64,000 bases of DNA from Bryobacter sp. CoA8 C33 (GCA_019931185.1 JAINDK010000038.1:62391-126390); one strand, 5' to 3'; shown: positions 35,597-44,989, counted from the first letter of the stretch. Program-made: numbers and translations. The notes: generated by a model from the sequence alone, not told the origin.

Positions 35597-36477
35597 AACG
35601 CCCCCAGATGCAGCCTGAGTTCCTCAGTATGCACCGCATCCAGCCCCCGGCACGGCTTCCGGCTCAGTGGCGTGGCAATCACACCCGCCTCATAGAGCAT
35701 CTGCTTGTGCACCGCGATCACCATCTCAAGAGTCTGCATTTCGAAATTCAACAGCGCCGACATCCGCGCGAATTCCTCATAGCCCCCACCCCCAAGCAGC
35801 CCCTCCACCATCCGGCGGTCCAACTCCAGATGCCCGCAACCCCCCATTAGTCCTTCCGCCCCTCGCCTCACCGCATCGAGCATTTGCACCCCTGAATATC
35901 CCACCAGATACGAGAGCCCGGCGAGTTCCTCGTTCTCCCGGTATCGTGAAATTGCCGGCCCCGTCGGTACTTGATCCACCTTCAGGCCGGCGAGATTCCC
36001 ATGCCGCATCCGCAGCCGCCCCAGCATCGCCGGATCCAGCGTCGTCCCCGTCAGCCCCGCGGAATCCTGCACGATCACCGGCAACTCCGTTGCCCCCAAC
36101 ACCGCTGAAAAATGCTCCTCCGTCGCCCCCGCTGGCGCAGCCACGGTAAAGGGTCCCAGCACCATCAGCGCCTGGGCGCCCAATTGCTCAAACACCCTCA
36201 CACGCTCCACCGCCGGCTGAGTCGCCTGCGCCGTAACGTTCAGGATCGTGCGGCAATCCGCGCCCGCCGCTTCCGCAATCACCTCCGCGCACGCCAAAAT
36301 TTCCTCCTCCGTCAGCCGCCAAAACTCGCTGGCAAAACCCGGAAACGTCAATCCTTCCGCCCGCCCGCACACATGCCTCACCAGCCTCCGCAGCGAGTCA
36401 AAATCCACCGCACCCTCCGCGGTGAAAGGCGTTTGCACGATCGGGAACAATCCCCGGAACCGGCCCGCCTCACTCAT
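35560..36477 (-). CDS. DapA-family class-I aldolase (dihydrodipicolinate synthase / N-acetylneuraminate lyase superfamily).
   Basis: The start is taken at the ATG at 36475-36477, which overlaps the upstream stop as ATGA. That gives about 305 aa beginning MSEAGRFRGLFPIVQTPF. It contains the family Lys region NLAGLKVDQ. The last 13 codons (GIEPTTI) are antisense to the tRNA-Thr T-arm. Confidence 0.7.
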   Translation of the reverse strand: MSEAGRFRGLFPIVQTPFTAEGAVDFDSLRRLVRHVCGRAEGLTFPGFASEFWRLTEEEILACAEVIAEAAGADCRTILNVTAQATQPAVERVRVFEQLGAQALMVLGPFTVAAPAGATEEHFSAVLGATELPVIVQDSAGLTGTTLDPAMLGRLRMRHGNLAGLKVDQVPTGPAISRYRENEELAGLSYLVGYSGVQMLDAVRRGAEGLMGGCGHLELDRRMVEGLLGGGGYEEFARMSALLNFEMQTLEMVIAVHKQMLYEAGVIATPLSRKPCRGLDAVHTEELRLHLGALEPVVGIEPTTI

Positions 36478-37472
36478 GGCCGCCATTGCCCCGTCAACAC
36501 GACTCGCTCCAGGTCCTCGCCACGGCTCCATCGCGCCAAATTCTCGCACATGCCCGCAATTCTCCTCCGAATCAGGCCCTGAGTCCAGGCCGAATAATGC
36601 GGCGTGCACTGCACGGAAGGCAACTCGTGAAACGGCAGCTTCGAGCCGAACCCGCGCTCACCCGGTTGCGGATACTGATACCAAACATCCAACGCCGCTC
36701 CTCCCAGCCTGCCGGATATTAATGCCTCGTATAGTGCTCGCTCCTTCACAATCTCCGCTCGCGACACGTTGATCAAAAACGCCCCCGCCGGCAGCAGCGC
36801 CAATTCCGCCTCCCCAATCAGGCCCTCGGTCTCGCGGTTCAGCGGCGCGGCGATCACGAGAAAATTTGCTTGCCGCAGCAGATCCCGCAGCCGCCCCGGA
36901 CCACCCAGCAAATCCAGTTCATCCACGCACGTTCCCTCGCTTCTCCGCACCGCCACCGCCCGCATGCCAAATGCCCTCGCCCGCGCCGCGATCGCTCGGC
37001 CGATCCGCCCATAACCCAACAGCCCCAAGGTTTGCCCTGCCAGTTCCTCGTGTGGCCTGCCCCCGATCCGGCCACTGCCCTCCCAGCATCCCTGCCGCAG
37101 TGCCTCTGTATGTTGCCTCAGTCCCGTCACGTGCGCCAGCATCATCATCAACACATACTCCGCAATCGGCGTCTCGTGCTCATACACGTTCACCACCGGA
37201 CACCCCAACGGATAATGCCCCGCCTCCGCATCCACCAAGCCCGCACCCGGATACAAAAACACCCCCAACCCGCGCGCCTCCGGCAATGCGATCGACGGCA
37301 AGCTCACCGCCACAAGCGCCGCGGCCTCTTTCAACTCACGCCGCAGCCATTCAATGTCTCCTTGCCCTGCCCGCACCTCCCAAGCCTCTCCCAGCAACCG
37401 CGAGAACTCCCCGGCATGTGGGCTCCAATTCACATCCCAAATCACCAGCTTCCGACGAGTCGTCTCCCGCAC
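36474..37472 (-). CDS. D-isomer-specific 2-hydroxyacid dehydrogenase, NAD-binding.
   Basis: GLLGYGRIGRAIA is the NAD fold. The catalytic His/Glu/Arg region is present. The product is 332 aa. Confidence 0.85.
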   Translation of the reverse strand: MRETTRRKLVIWDVNWSPHAGEFSRLLGEAWEVRAGQGDIEWLRRELKEAAALVAVSLPSIALPEARGLGVFLYPGAGLVDAEAGHYPLGCPVVNVYEHETPIAEYVLMMMLAHVTGLRQHTEALRQGCWEGSGRIGGRPHEELAGQTLGLLGYGRIGRAIAARARAFGMRAVAVRRSEGTCVDELDLLGGPGRLRDLLRQANFLVIAAPLNRETEGLIGEAELALLPAGAFLINVSRAEIVKERALYEALISGRLGGAALDVWYQYPQPGERGFGSKLPFHELPSVQCTPHYSAWTQGLIRRRIAGMCENLARWSRGEDLERVVLTGQWRP

Positions 37473-37478
37473 TGGCCC

Positions 37479-38222
37479 TCAGTTCTCCACGCGCCGCCGC
37501 GGACCCCGCACCATCCGTGAATCCTGCTCCTGCCGGCGCGCCAAATGCTGGAAGCGTTCAATCACATCCGCCTGCCGGAACCGCACATGGCACCGCATCG
37601 CCGCGGCCGCCTCCTCCGCACTGCCTTTCGCCAGCGCTTCCGCCAAGTCCCGGTGCCAGCGCTCAGGAAACTTCTCAAAGTCCCGGGCCACCGTGAAAAT
37701 CCAGTTGAACAACAATACCCGGCTCCGCTCGATCGCATCGGCAAACAGCGGCACCTTCGTCGCCCGCGCGATCTGCATATGGAATTCGATGTGGATCCGC
37801 TCCACCTTGGCATGCCGCGCCTGACTATACTCCTTGCTGCGGCCCAAGGCATTGTAGGCCCGGTCGAGCCGCTCCGCTGTTCGCATCAATCGTTCCCTCT
37901 GCCTCGCATCGGCGCACTCGGCGAACAGCCGCGCCGAATGCGTCTCCAGCGCCTCGCGCAGTACATAATTGCCCCGGATCTCGTCCGCCGTGGCGATCTT
38001 CACGCGCGTCCCCGCCCGCGCCTTGCTCTCCACCAGCCCTTCCCCCTCCAGCCGCGCGATCGCGTCGGCCACCGGCACCGAACTCATCCCCAACTCCTCG
38101 GCCAACCGGCGCCGCGACAGTGGCGTCCCCGGCGGCAACGTGCCTTCCAGGATCGCCATTCTCAACTTCCTGAAGGCCGTTTCGCCCAGTACCTTCGCGG
38201 ATTGTGTCTTGGAAACTGGCAC
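37479..38222 (-). CDS. GntR-family transcriptional regulator, FadR/FCD subfamily.
   Basis: The N-terminal wHTH is LSRRRLAEELGMSSVPVADAIARLEGEGLVESKARAGTRV. The C-terminus is an all-helical FCD-like domain. The start is GTG at 38222. Confidence 0.9.
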   Translation of the reverse strand: MPVSKTQSAKVLGETAFRKLRMAILEGTLPPGTPLSRRRLAEELGMSSVPVADAIARLEGEGLVESKARAGTRVKIATADEIRGNYVLREALETHSARLFAECADARQRERLMRTAERLDRAYNALGRSKEYSQARHAKVERIHIEFHMQIARATKVPLFADAIERSRVLLFNWIFTVARDFEKFPERWHRDLAEALAKGSAEEAAAAMRCHVRFRQADVIERFQHLARRQEQDSRMVRGPRRRVEN

Positions 38223-38229
38223 GTCAGTT
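38214..38229. promoter_or_regulatory. Candidate operator half-pair: AACTGGCACGTCAGTT, an imperfect 7-2-7 inverted repeat overlapping the GntR start codon.
   Basis: Read directly from the sequence. It differs at one position from the perfect copy at 38282..38297. The shared extended motif is AAACTGGCACGYCAGTTAT. Confidence 0.45.
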
Positions 38230-38241
38230 ATCGGATATCTG

Positions 38242-38270
38242 TTGACAGTCTAAACTGCTTCAGCTAAGCT
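38242..38270 (+). promoter_or_regulatory. Candidate sigma-70 promoter of the receptor/sulfatase/sialidase operon.
   Basis: TTGACA at 38242-38247, a 17-nt spacer, and TAAGCT at 38265-38270. The perfect palindrome follows 12 nt downstream, placed as a repressor roadblock near the predicted TSS. Confidence 0.35.
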
Positions 38271-38281
38271 TGCAATACAAA

Positions 38282-38297
38282 AACTGGCACGCCAGTT
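38282..38297. promoter_or_regulatory. Candidate operator: perfect palindrome AACTGGC-AC-GCCAGTT.
   Basis: A perfect 7-2-7 inverted repeat 18 nt upstream of the receptor ATG, between the divergent GntR and receptor genes. Confidence 0.5.
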
Positions 38298-38314
38298 ATT
38301 CGAGGAGAGATTCC

Positions 38315-41300
38315 ATGTCCGCTCGCGCTCTCTTGATCGCCTTCGCCCTTCTCGCGGCCTCCCGCTCCGTCTCCGCGCAAAACATCACCGGCTCTCTGCT
38401 CGGCAACATCACCGACCCCAGCGGCGCCCCGGTCGCCCGCGCTACGGTCGAGATCACCAACATCGATACGAATCAATCGCTGCGCGCCGAATCCGACGCC
38501 GCCGGCCTTTATCAGTCGCTCTATCTCCGCCCCGGCGCCTATCGCATTCGCGTCAATGCCAGCGGCTTCAAGCAGTCCTTGCGCGAAAACGTCACCATCC
38601 AGGTCGAGTCCACCGTGCGCGCCGACTTCCAACTGCAGTTGGGCGAGGCCAGCTCCACCGTCACCGTCACCGGTGAGGCCCCCCTCATCGAATCCGAAAC
38701 CGCTTCCCTTGGCCAAACGGTTTCCACCAAGACCGTCGAAGAACTTCCCATACAGGGCCGCAACATCTTTGACCTCGCCGGGCTAACCGCCGGCGTGCAG
38801 GTCAATCCGCGCGCCAGCGGCGGCACCGCCTCCACCGGTGACGTCGGCACGCCCCTCTTCGTCCAATCCGACATTTCCATCAACGGCGGCCGCTTCCGCA
38901 CCAACGAATACCTCGTCGATGGCGTCTCGATCATGCTGCCGGAAAACAACAACTACGCCTTCTCCCCCAATCCCGACGCCACCCAGGAATTCAAGGTCCT
39001 GACCAATTCCTTCGGCCCTCAGTATGGACGTTCCGGCGGAGGCGTCATCAACGTCGTTACCAAGGGCGGCACAAACCAATACCACGGCACGATCTACAAC
39101 TTCTTCCGCAACGACCGTCTGCGAGCCAATAACTTCTTCTCGAACGCCCGCAACCAGGCCCGCCCCGTTTCTCACTTCAATCAATTCGGCGCCGTCGTCG
39201 GCGGCCGCATCATTCGCGACAGAACCTTCTTCTTCGCCGACTACCAGGGCCATCGCGAAGACGCCTCCGGCGCCGCTGGAATTCTCACCGTGCCTACTGC
39301 CGCCGAGCGCGCCGGAGATTTCTCGCGCAGCCGCGCCCCCAACGGCAACCTCGTCACCATCTTCGATCCCCTCACCACGGAGTTCAACGGCGCCACCTTC
39401 ACCCGCACTCCCTTTCCCAACGCCATCGTTCCCGCCGACCGCCAGTCCCGCGTCGGCCGCAACTTCGCCGCCTTCTACCCTTTGCCAAACCGCCCGGGCG
39501 AAACCGCCGCGCTGATCAACAATTACGTCTTCGCTCCCGCCAGCTACGTCAACTCCGACCAATACTCCACTCGCATCGACCATCGCCTCAACGAGCGCCA
39601 CTCCCTCTTCGGCCGTTATACCTACAACACCGGCAACACCGGCGTCACCGGGCCCTACAACAACATCGCCGACAATGTTCTTGGCGTAACGGTCAACCGC
39701 GTTCACAACGCCTCGGTCAACCTCACCAGTCTGCTGTCCACCACGCGCATCCTGAACGTCCGCCTCGGCGCCACGCGCCGCTTTGAAGGCCGCGTCCCGC
39801 TTGCCGCCGGCAAGGTTGACCTCACCGCCCTAGGCTTCCCCGCCGCCCTTGCCTCCCAGGTCGACGAACAGGTATTTCCCACCATTTCGGTCGCTAACTA
39901 CGCGCAACTGGGGCCCGCCGCCGGCGACCGCATCCGCCGCGGCAATGGCGTCTACACGCTTGTGGTCGAACAGTCGGAAATCCATGGCCGCCACACCATC
40001 GTCTACGGAGCCGACACCCGCCTCTATGACCAGACTCCCTATCAGGCCGGTGCCCCCTCCGGCTCTTTCTCCTTTGCCCTGGCTCAGACCCAAGGCCCCA
40101 ATCCCCTCGTTCCCACCCTCGGCGCCGGCAATGGCCTGGCCTCCCTGCTGGTCGGCTTCGGTGGCGGCTCGCTCACCAGCGTCCCCGCCCTCCGCGTCAA
40201 GAACCTTTACAGCGGTCTCTTCATCAACGATCAGATCAAGTTCAAGCGGCTTACGGTCAACGCCGGCGTCCGCTGGGAGTACGACCAGCCGCGCATCGAA
40301 AAGTACAATCGCTTCGCCAATTTCGATTTCAATTCTCCCTTCCCCATCACCGTGGCCGGCGCCGGTCCGCTGAAGGGCGTGCTGCGCTACGCCGGCCGCG
40401 ACGGCCAGCCCCGCGGCCAGTACAACAGCACGTACAAGAACTTCGGCCCGCGTATCGGCCTCGCCTACCGCATCAGCCCCACCTTCGTGCTTCGCGCCGG
40501 CTATGGCATCTTTTTCGCTCCGCGCTTCGGCACCACATCGGCCGGTAACTTCGGCACCCCCGGCTTCACCCTCACCACGCCCTGGGTCTCCACCAGCCCC
40601 GACGGCGTCGGCTTCTCACAGCCAATCGACAACCCCTTCCCGGGCGGCCTCGCCAAGGCGCCCACCTCCGAGGCCGACCGCCTCCTCCTCGGCCAGACCG
40701 TGCAGATCATGGATCGCGGCAACGTCTCCAACATCTACAACCAGCAATGGAGCTTTACCATTCAGCGGCAGTGGTTCGGCGGCGTGCTCATCGAAGCGGG
40801 CTACGCCGGCAACCGCGGCGTCCACATTCCCGTCTCCTTCGATTTCAATCAACTCGACCCGAAGTATCAGTCCCTCGGCGCCACGCTGTCGCAGGCCGTC
40901 GACAATCCCTTCTTCGGCCTCACCAACCTCGGCCTTTTCGCCAACCGTACCATCGCCCGCAGCCAGCTACTTCGCCCCTATCCACAATACTCCGGCGTTA
41001 ATACGAACTCCCCCGCCGTGGCGCAGAACATGGGCAATTCAAGTTACCACTCCCTGCAATTCCGGACCGAAAAGCGTTTCAGCCGCGGCTACAGTCTTAC
41101 CGTGGTCTACACCAACTCCAAGCTGATCGACAATGGCTCGGGCCGCATTTTCGGCGAGAACGCATTCGTGCCCCCCGTGCAGAACGCTTACAATCTAGCC
41201 GCCGAGCGATCCATCTCCGAAGGCGATGTCTCGCAACGGCTGGTCATCTCTCATGCCGTTCAGATTCGCCCCCTGGCGGGTAACCCGTTTCTCAAGGCAC

Positions 41301-41755
41301 TGACAAAGGGTTGGTCTTGGAGCGGTGCATTCTCCGCCAACACCGGCTTCCCCCTCGCACTGTCCTCGATCGGCAATTCCGGCGTGGGCGGCGGCGTGCT
41401 GCGCCCGAATTCAACCGGCACTTCCGCCAATCTCAGCGGCGATCCCCAGTCGCGCCTGTTGCGCTACTTCGATACCAGCCAGTTCACTGTTCCCCCGGCC
41501 TTCACCTTCGGCAACGTCAGCCGCACCCTGCCCGATACCCGCGGCCCGGCCCGTGTCGCCTACAACACCGCCGTGCAGCGTGCGATCCGCATTCGCGAAT
41601 CCCTGCAAGCCATTTTTCGCGCCGAAGCTTTCAACCTTACCAACACTCCTTACTTCGCCCGCCCCGCGCAACAGCTCGGCGGCGCGGGCTTCGGCGTCAT
41701 CAACGCCGCCAGCGGCGAGCGCCAGATCCAGTTCTCGCTCAAGATCAATTTCTGA
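38315..41755 (+). CDS. TonB-dependent receptor with CarboxypepD_reg-like N-terminal domain.
   Basis: The ATG at 38315 has GAGGAG 9 nt upstream. The signal peptide is MSARALLIAFALLAASRSVSA. Translation continues QNITGSLLGNITDPSGAPVARATVEI...RPGAYRIRV and ends QIQFSLKINF. Confidence 0.85.
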   Translation: MSARALLIAFALLAASRSVSAQNITGSLLGNITDPSGAPVARATVEITNIDTNQSLRAESDAAGLYQSLYLRPGAYRIRVNASGFKQSLRENVTIQVESTVRADFQLQLGEASSTVTVTGEAPLIESETASLGQTVSTKTVEELPIQGRNIFDLAGLTAGVQVNPRASGGTASTGDVGTPLFVQSDISINGGRFRTNEYLVDGVSIMLPENNNYAFSPNPDATQEFKVLTNSFGPQYGRSGGGVINVVTKGGTNQYHGTIYNFFRNDRLRANNFFSNARNQARPVSHFNQFGAVVGGRIIRDRTFFFADYQGHREDASGAAGILTVPTAAERAGDFSRSRAPNGNLVTIFDPLTTEFNGATFTRTPFPNAIVPADRQSRVGRNFAAFYPLPNRPGETAALINNYVFAPASYVNSDQYSTRIDHRLNERHSLFGRYTYNTGNTGVTGPYNNIADNVLGVTVNRVHNASVNLTSLLSTTRILNVRLGATRRFEGRVPLAAGKVDLTALGFPAALASQVDEQVFPTISVANYAQLGPAAGDRIRRGNGVYTLVVEQSEIHGRHTIVYGADTRLYDQTPYQAGAPSGSFSFALAQTQGPNPLVPTLGAGNGLASLLVGFGGGSLTSVPALRVKNLYSGLFINDQIKFKRLTVNAGVRWEYDQPRIEKYNRFANFDFNSPFPITVAGAGPLKGVLRYAGRDGQPRGQYNSTYKNFGPRIGLAYRISPTFVLRAGYGIFFAPRFGTTSAGNFGTPGFTLTTPWVSTSPDGVGFSQPIDNPFPGGLAKAPTSEADRLLLGQTVQIMDRGNVSNIYNQQWSFTIQRQWFGGVLIEAGYAGNRGVHIPVSFDFNQLDPKYQSLGATLSQAVDNPFFGLTNLGLFANRTIARSQLLRPYPQYSGVNTNSPAVAQNMGNSSYHSLQFRTEKRFSRGYSLTVVYTNSKLIDNGSGRIFGENAFVPPVQNAYNLAAERSISEGDVSQRLVISHAVQIRPLAGNPFLKALTKGWSWSGAFSANTGFPLALSSIGNSGVGGGVLRPNSTGTSANLSGDPQSRLLRYFDTSQFTVPPAFTFGNVSRTLPDTRGPARVAYNTAVQRAIRIRESLQAIFRAEAFNLTNTPYFARPAQQLGGAGFGVINAASGERQIQFSLKINF

Positions 41756-41767
41756 CGAGCCCACCGC

Positions 41768-43117
41768 ATGAGCCCGACTTACGCTCAGACTTTGCCCTCC
41801 ATCAAGAAAAAACCAGCGCTGGCGCCCCTGCTGACGCGCCGCTCCTGGCTCGCCGCCACCGCCGCCTGGGCCGCCCCGCCGCAACCCAACATCCTCTTCT
41901 TTCACGCCGACGATCTCGGCTTCGGCGACCTCGCCTGCTTCGGCTCCCCCGCAATCCGCACTCCCAACCTCGACCGGCTCGCCGCCCAGGGCGCCCGTCT
42001 CACCCAGCATTACGCCTGCGCCCCATGCTGTTCTCCCTCCCGCGCCGGTCTTCTCACCGGCGTTTATCCCCAGCGCACCGGCGTTACCGGCGTGCTCCGC
42101 GAAGAACACGACAACACCGGAATGCGCCAGGACCTCCCCACTATCGCCGAACTGCTGTCCCGCGCCGGCTACGATACCGCCCTCATCGGCAAATGGCATC
42201 TCGGTATGCCCCCCGCGTACCGCCCGTTGCGCCGTGGCTTCCAGCACTTTTATGGTTTCCTTAATGGCACCATCGATTACCACTCCCATCTCTCGCTCGG
42301 CGGCGGCTGGAAGGGCAGGGAAGTCACCTTCCACGGCAATCAACCTCTCCGTCAACAGGGTTACTTCCCCCACTTGCTTTGCGAGGAAGCCGTCCGCTAC
42401 CTGAAACAAAAACGCAACCGCCCGTTTTATTTGCACTACGCCACGCCCCTGCCTCATGCTCCCTATCAGGTGCCGGAACCATGGTCCCGCCCCTATGCCC
42501 ACCTCGGCGGAAACCGTGCCCTTTATGCCGGCATGGTCGCTCACATGGATGACGAAGCCGGCCGCCTGCTCCGCGCCCTCGACGAGTCCGGACAGGCCGC
42601 GAACACCCTCGTTGTTTTTGCTTCGGACAACGGCTGGGTCAAGCTCCAACCCGCCAACGCCCCAATCGGCGATAATGGCCCATATCGCGGCGGCAAGTAC
42701 GAACTCTATGAAGGCGGCATCCACTCTCCCTGTCTCGTGCGCTGGCCCGGCCGCGTCAAGGCCGGCTCCCAAGTGACTTCTCCCGTCATCAACCTCGATT
42801 GGTTTCCCACCCTCGCCGCCGCGGCCGGTGCGCCGCTTCCCGCTCCCGTCGACGGCATCGATATCACTGCCGCGCTGCGCGGCCGCTCCCTGCCCCAACG
42901 CAGTCTCCTCTGGAGCTTCCGCGATGACCTCGTCCAAACGCCCCGCTCCTACGCTTGCCGCCGCGGCAAATGGAAATTCCTCGAAGTCGGCGGCAAGTCC
43001 CTGTTGTTTAACCTCGATACGGACCCGGGCGAAACCCGTAATCTCGCCCCACGCTATCCCAAGCTCTTCCGGCGCCTGCGGAGCCAGGCCTACTCTCTAC
43101 GCCAGCCCGGCGACTAA
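41768..43117 (+). CDS. Sulfatase (formylglycine-dependent arylsulfatase family).
   Basis: There is a Tat-type leader (RRSWLAATAAWA). FHADDLGFGDL is a metal-binding motif. CSPSRAGLLTG is the C-x-P-x-R formylglycine motif. The product is 449 aa. Confidence 0.9.
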   Translation: MSPTYAQTLPSIKKKPALAPLLTRRSWLAATAAWAAPPQPNILFFHADDLGFGDLACFGSPAIRTPNLDRLAAQGARLTQHYACAPCCSPSRAGLLTGVYPQRTGVTGVLREEHDNTGMRQDLPTIAELLSRAGYDTALIGKWHLGMPPAYRPLRRGFQHFYGFLNGTIDYHSHLSLGGGWKGREVTFHGNQPLRQQGYFPHLLCEEAVRYLKQKRNRPFYLHYATPLPHAPYQVPEPWSRPYAHLGGNRALYAGMVAHMDDEAGRLLRALDESGQAANTLVVFASDNGWVKLQPANAPIGDNGPYRGGKYELYEGGIHSPCLVRWPGRVKAGSQVTSPVINLDWFPTLAAAAGAPLPAPVDGIDITAALRGRSLPQRSLLWSFRDDLVQTPRSYACRRGKWKFLEVGGKSLLFNLDTDPGETRNLAPRYPKLFRRLRSQAYSLRQPGD

Positions 43118-43144
43118 GACCCCTCTCCACCAAGGATTTTCCTC

Positions 43145-44983
43145 ATGCGATTTCTTCTTCTCGTTCTCACCCTCACCGCCTCCCTTCAAGCTCAAGTCGT
43201 CGATCCCCGTCACATCGTCAACGGCACCGTCATCCCCGATGAGTTCTACGCCGACCAGCCCTATGTTGTCAAGACCAACGATGGCGCCTGGCTCTGCGTC
43301 ATCACCACCGGCCCCGGCCAGGAAGGCGCCGGCGGCCAGCACATCATCAGCCTCCGCAGCACCGACCAAGGCAAGACCTGGGAGAAGGCCGTCGACGTCG
43401 AGCCCAACAACGGGCCCGAGGCCTCCTACGCCGTCCTCCTCAAAGCCAATTCCGGCCGCGTCTACGTCTTCTACAACCACAATACGGATAACCTCCGTCA
43501 GGTCATTGCCGACAAGCCCGCCTACAAGGATGGCTTCAACCGCCGCGTCGATTCCCTCGGCCACTTCGTCTTCAAATACTCCGATGACCATGGCCGCTCC
43601 TGGTCCGCCAGCCGCTACGAAATCCCCCAGCGCGACTTTGAAATCGACCGCAAGAACCCCTACCAGGGCAAGATCAAATTCTTCTGGACCGTCGGCAAGG
43701 CCTTCACCTACAAAGACGCCGGCTACGTCCCGCTGCACAAAGTCGGCGGTTTCGGCGAAGGCTTCTTCACCTCGAGCGAAGGCGTGCTCCTGCGCAGCGC
43801 CAACATCCTCACCGAGCGCGACCCCGCCAGGATCCGATGGGAAACCCTCCCCGACGGCGACATCGGCATCCGTACGCCCGCCGGTGGCGGTCCCATCGCC
43901 GAAGAACAATCCTTCGCCGTCTTGAGCGACGGCTCCATCTTCTGCGTTTTCCGCACCATCGACGGCTACTCCGCCTACACCTACAGCCGCGACGGCGGCC
44001 GCTCCTGGGAACCATCCCAGTACATGCGCTACGCCGACGGACGCCTCATGAAACACCCCCGCGCCGCCAACTTCGCCTGGCGCTGCGAGAACGGCAAGTT
44101 TCTCTACTGGTTCCATAACCACGGCGGACGCTTCATCCGTGAGCATCCCAACCGCCGCACGATCGCCTATGAAGACCGCAACCCCGTCTGGCTAGTCGGT
44201 GGCGTTGAAGCCGATTCCCCTCAAGGCAAAATCATCCGCTGGTCACAACCCGAGATCGTCCTCTATGACGATGACCCCATCATCCGTATGTCTTACCCCG
44301 ACCTCGTCGAAGACGCCGGCCAATACTTCCTCACCGAGACGCAAAAGGATGTGGCGCGAGTTCATCCGATTGACCGCTCGCTTCTCGAAGGGCTCTGGAA
44401 TCAACTCGAGGGCAAAGGCGCGGTTGCCTCCGAAGGGCTACGGCTTAATCTCAACGCCAACATCCCCGCCTCGGTCCCTGCTCCCTCCCTGCCTCTCTTC
44501 TATCGCCGTTCCCAACGTGCCGACCACGGCAAGGAAGATCTCCGCTCCGCATTTTCCCTTGACCTCTGGGTGCGGCTCGCCTCGGCCGCCCCCGGCCAGA
44601 TCCTGCTCGACAATCGCACGCCCGACGGCAAAGGCTTCGCCCTCCTCACCGCCCCCGGCGCCGCCTTCGAGTTAATCCTCAACGATGGCCGCACCGAAAG
44701 CCGCTGGACTTCCGATCCCGGTACCCTCCAGACCGGCCAGCTTTCTCACATCGCCGTCGTTGTCGATGGCGGCCCCAAAGTCATCTCGTTCATCACCGGT
44801 GGTCTGCTCAATGACGGCGGCGAAGCCCGCCAGTTCGGCTGGGGCCGCTTCAGCCCCCATCTCCGCTCCGTCAACGGATCCTCCACCCTCACCATCGACA
44901 ACCGCTCCGTGCTCAAGCTACGCATCTACGACCGTGTCCTCCGCACCTCGGAAGCCATCGCCGCCTTCCGCGCCGGCTTGTAG
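43145..44983 (+). CDS. BNR/Asp-box repeat exo-alpha-sialidase-like glycoside hydrolase with a C-terminal LamG/ConA-like lectin domain.
   Basis: It has a signal peptide. Three Asp-boxes are present: STDQGKTW, SDDHGRSW and SRDGGRSW. The C-terminal ~180 aa are LamG-like (LDLWVRLASAAPGQILLDN...). Confidence 0.75.
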   Translation: MRFLLLVLTLTASLQAQVVDPRHIVNGTVIPDEFYADQPYVVKTNDGAWLCVITTGPGQEGAGGQHIISLRSTDQGKTWEKAVDVEPNNGPEASYAVLLKANSGRVYVFYNHNTDNLRQVIADKPAYKDGFNRRVDSLGHFVFKYSDDHGRSWSASRYEIPQRDFEIDRKNPYQGKIKFFWTVGKAFTYKDAGYVPLHKVGGFGEGFFTSSEGVLLRSANILTERDPARIRWETLPDGDIGIRTPAGGGPIAEEQSFAVLSDGSIFCVFRTIDGYSAYTYSRDGGRSWEPSQYMRYADGRLMKHPRAANFAWRCENGKFLYWFHNHGGRFIREHPNRRTIAYEDRNPVWLVGGVEADSPQGKIIRWSQPEIVLYDDDPIIRMSYPDLVEDAGQYFLTETQKDVARVHPIDRSLLEGLWNQLEGKGAVASEGLRLNLNANIPASVPAPSLPLFYRRSQRADHGKEDLRSAFSLDLWVRLASAAPGQILLDNRTPDGKGFALLTAPGAAFELILNDGRTESRWTSDPGTLQTGQLSHIAVVVDGGPKVISFITGGLLNDGGEARQFGWGRFSPHLRSVNGSSTLTIDNRSVLKLRIYDRVLRTSEAIAAFRAGL

Positions 44984-44989
44984 AAAGCC

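Noticed and set aside
38270-38314. TGGCAC motifs in the GntR/receptor spacer as sigma-54 (-24/-12) promoters.
   Set aside because: The required TTGC at -12 is absent. The TGGCAC is part of a 7-2-7 palindrome, which is better explained as a regulator operator.
41411-42937. 508-aa minus-strand ORF. Similar ORFs are 43097..44146 (minus), 46309..47424 (plus), 47677..48786 (plus), 50157..51245 (plus) and 54798..55811 (minus).
   Set aside because: All are antisense to strongly supported genes (receptor/sulfatase, sialidase, PSD1 protein, pnp, beta-propeller), and all have Gly/Arg/Pro-rich low-complexity translations.
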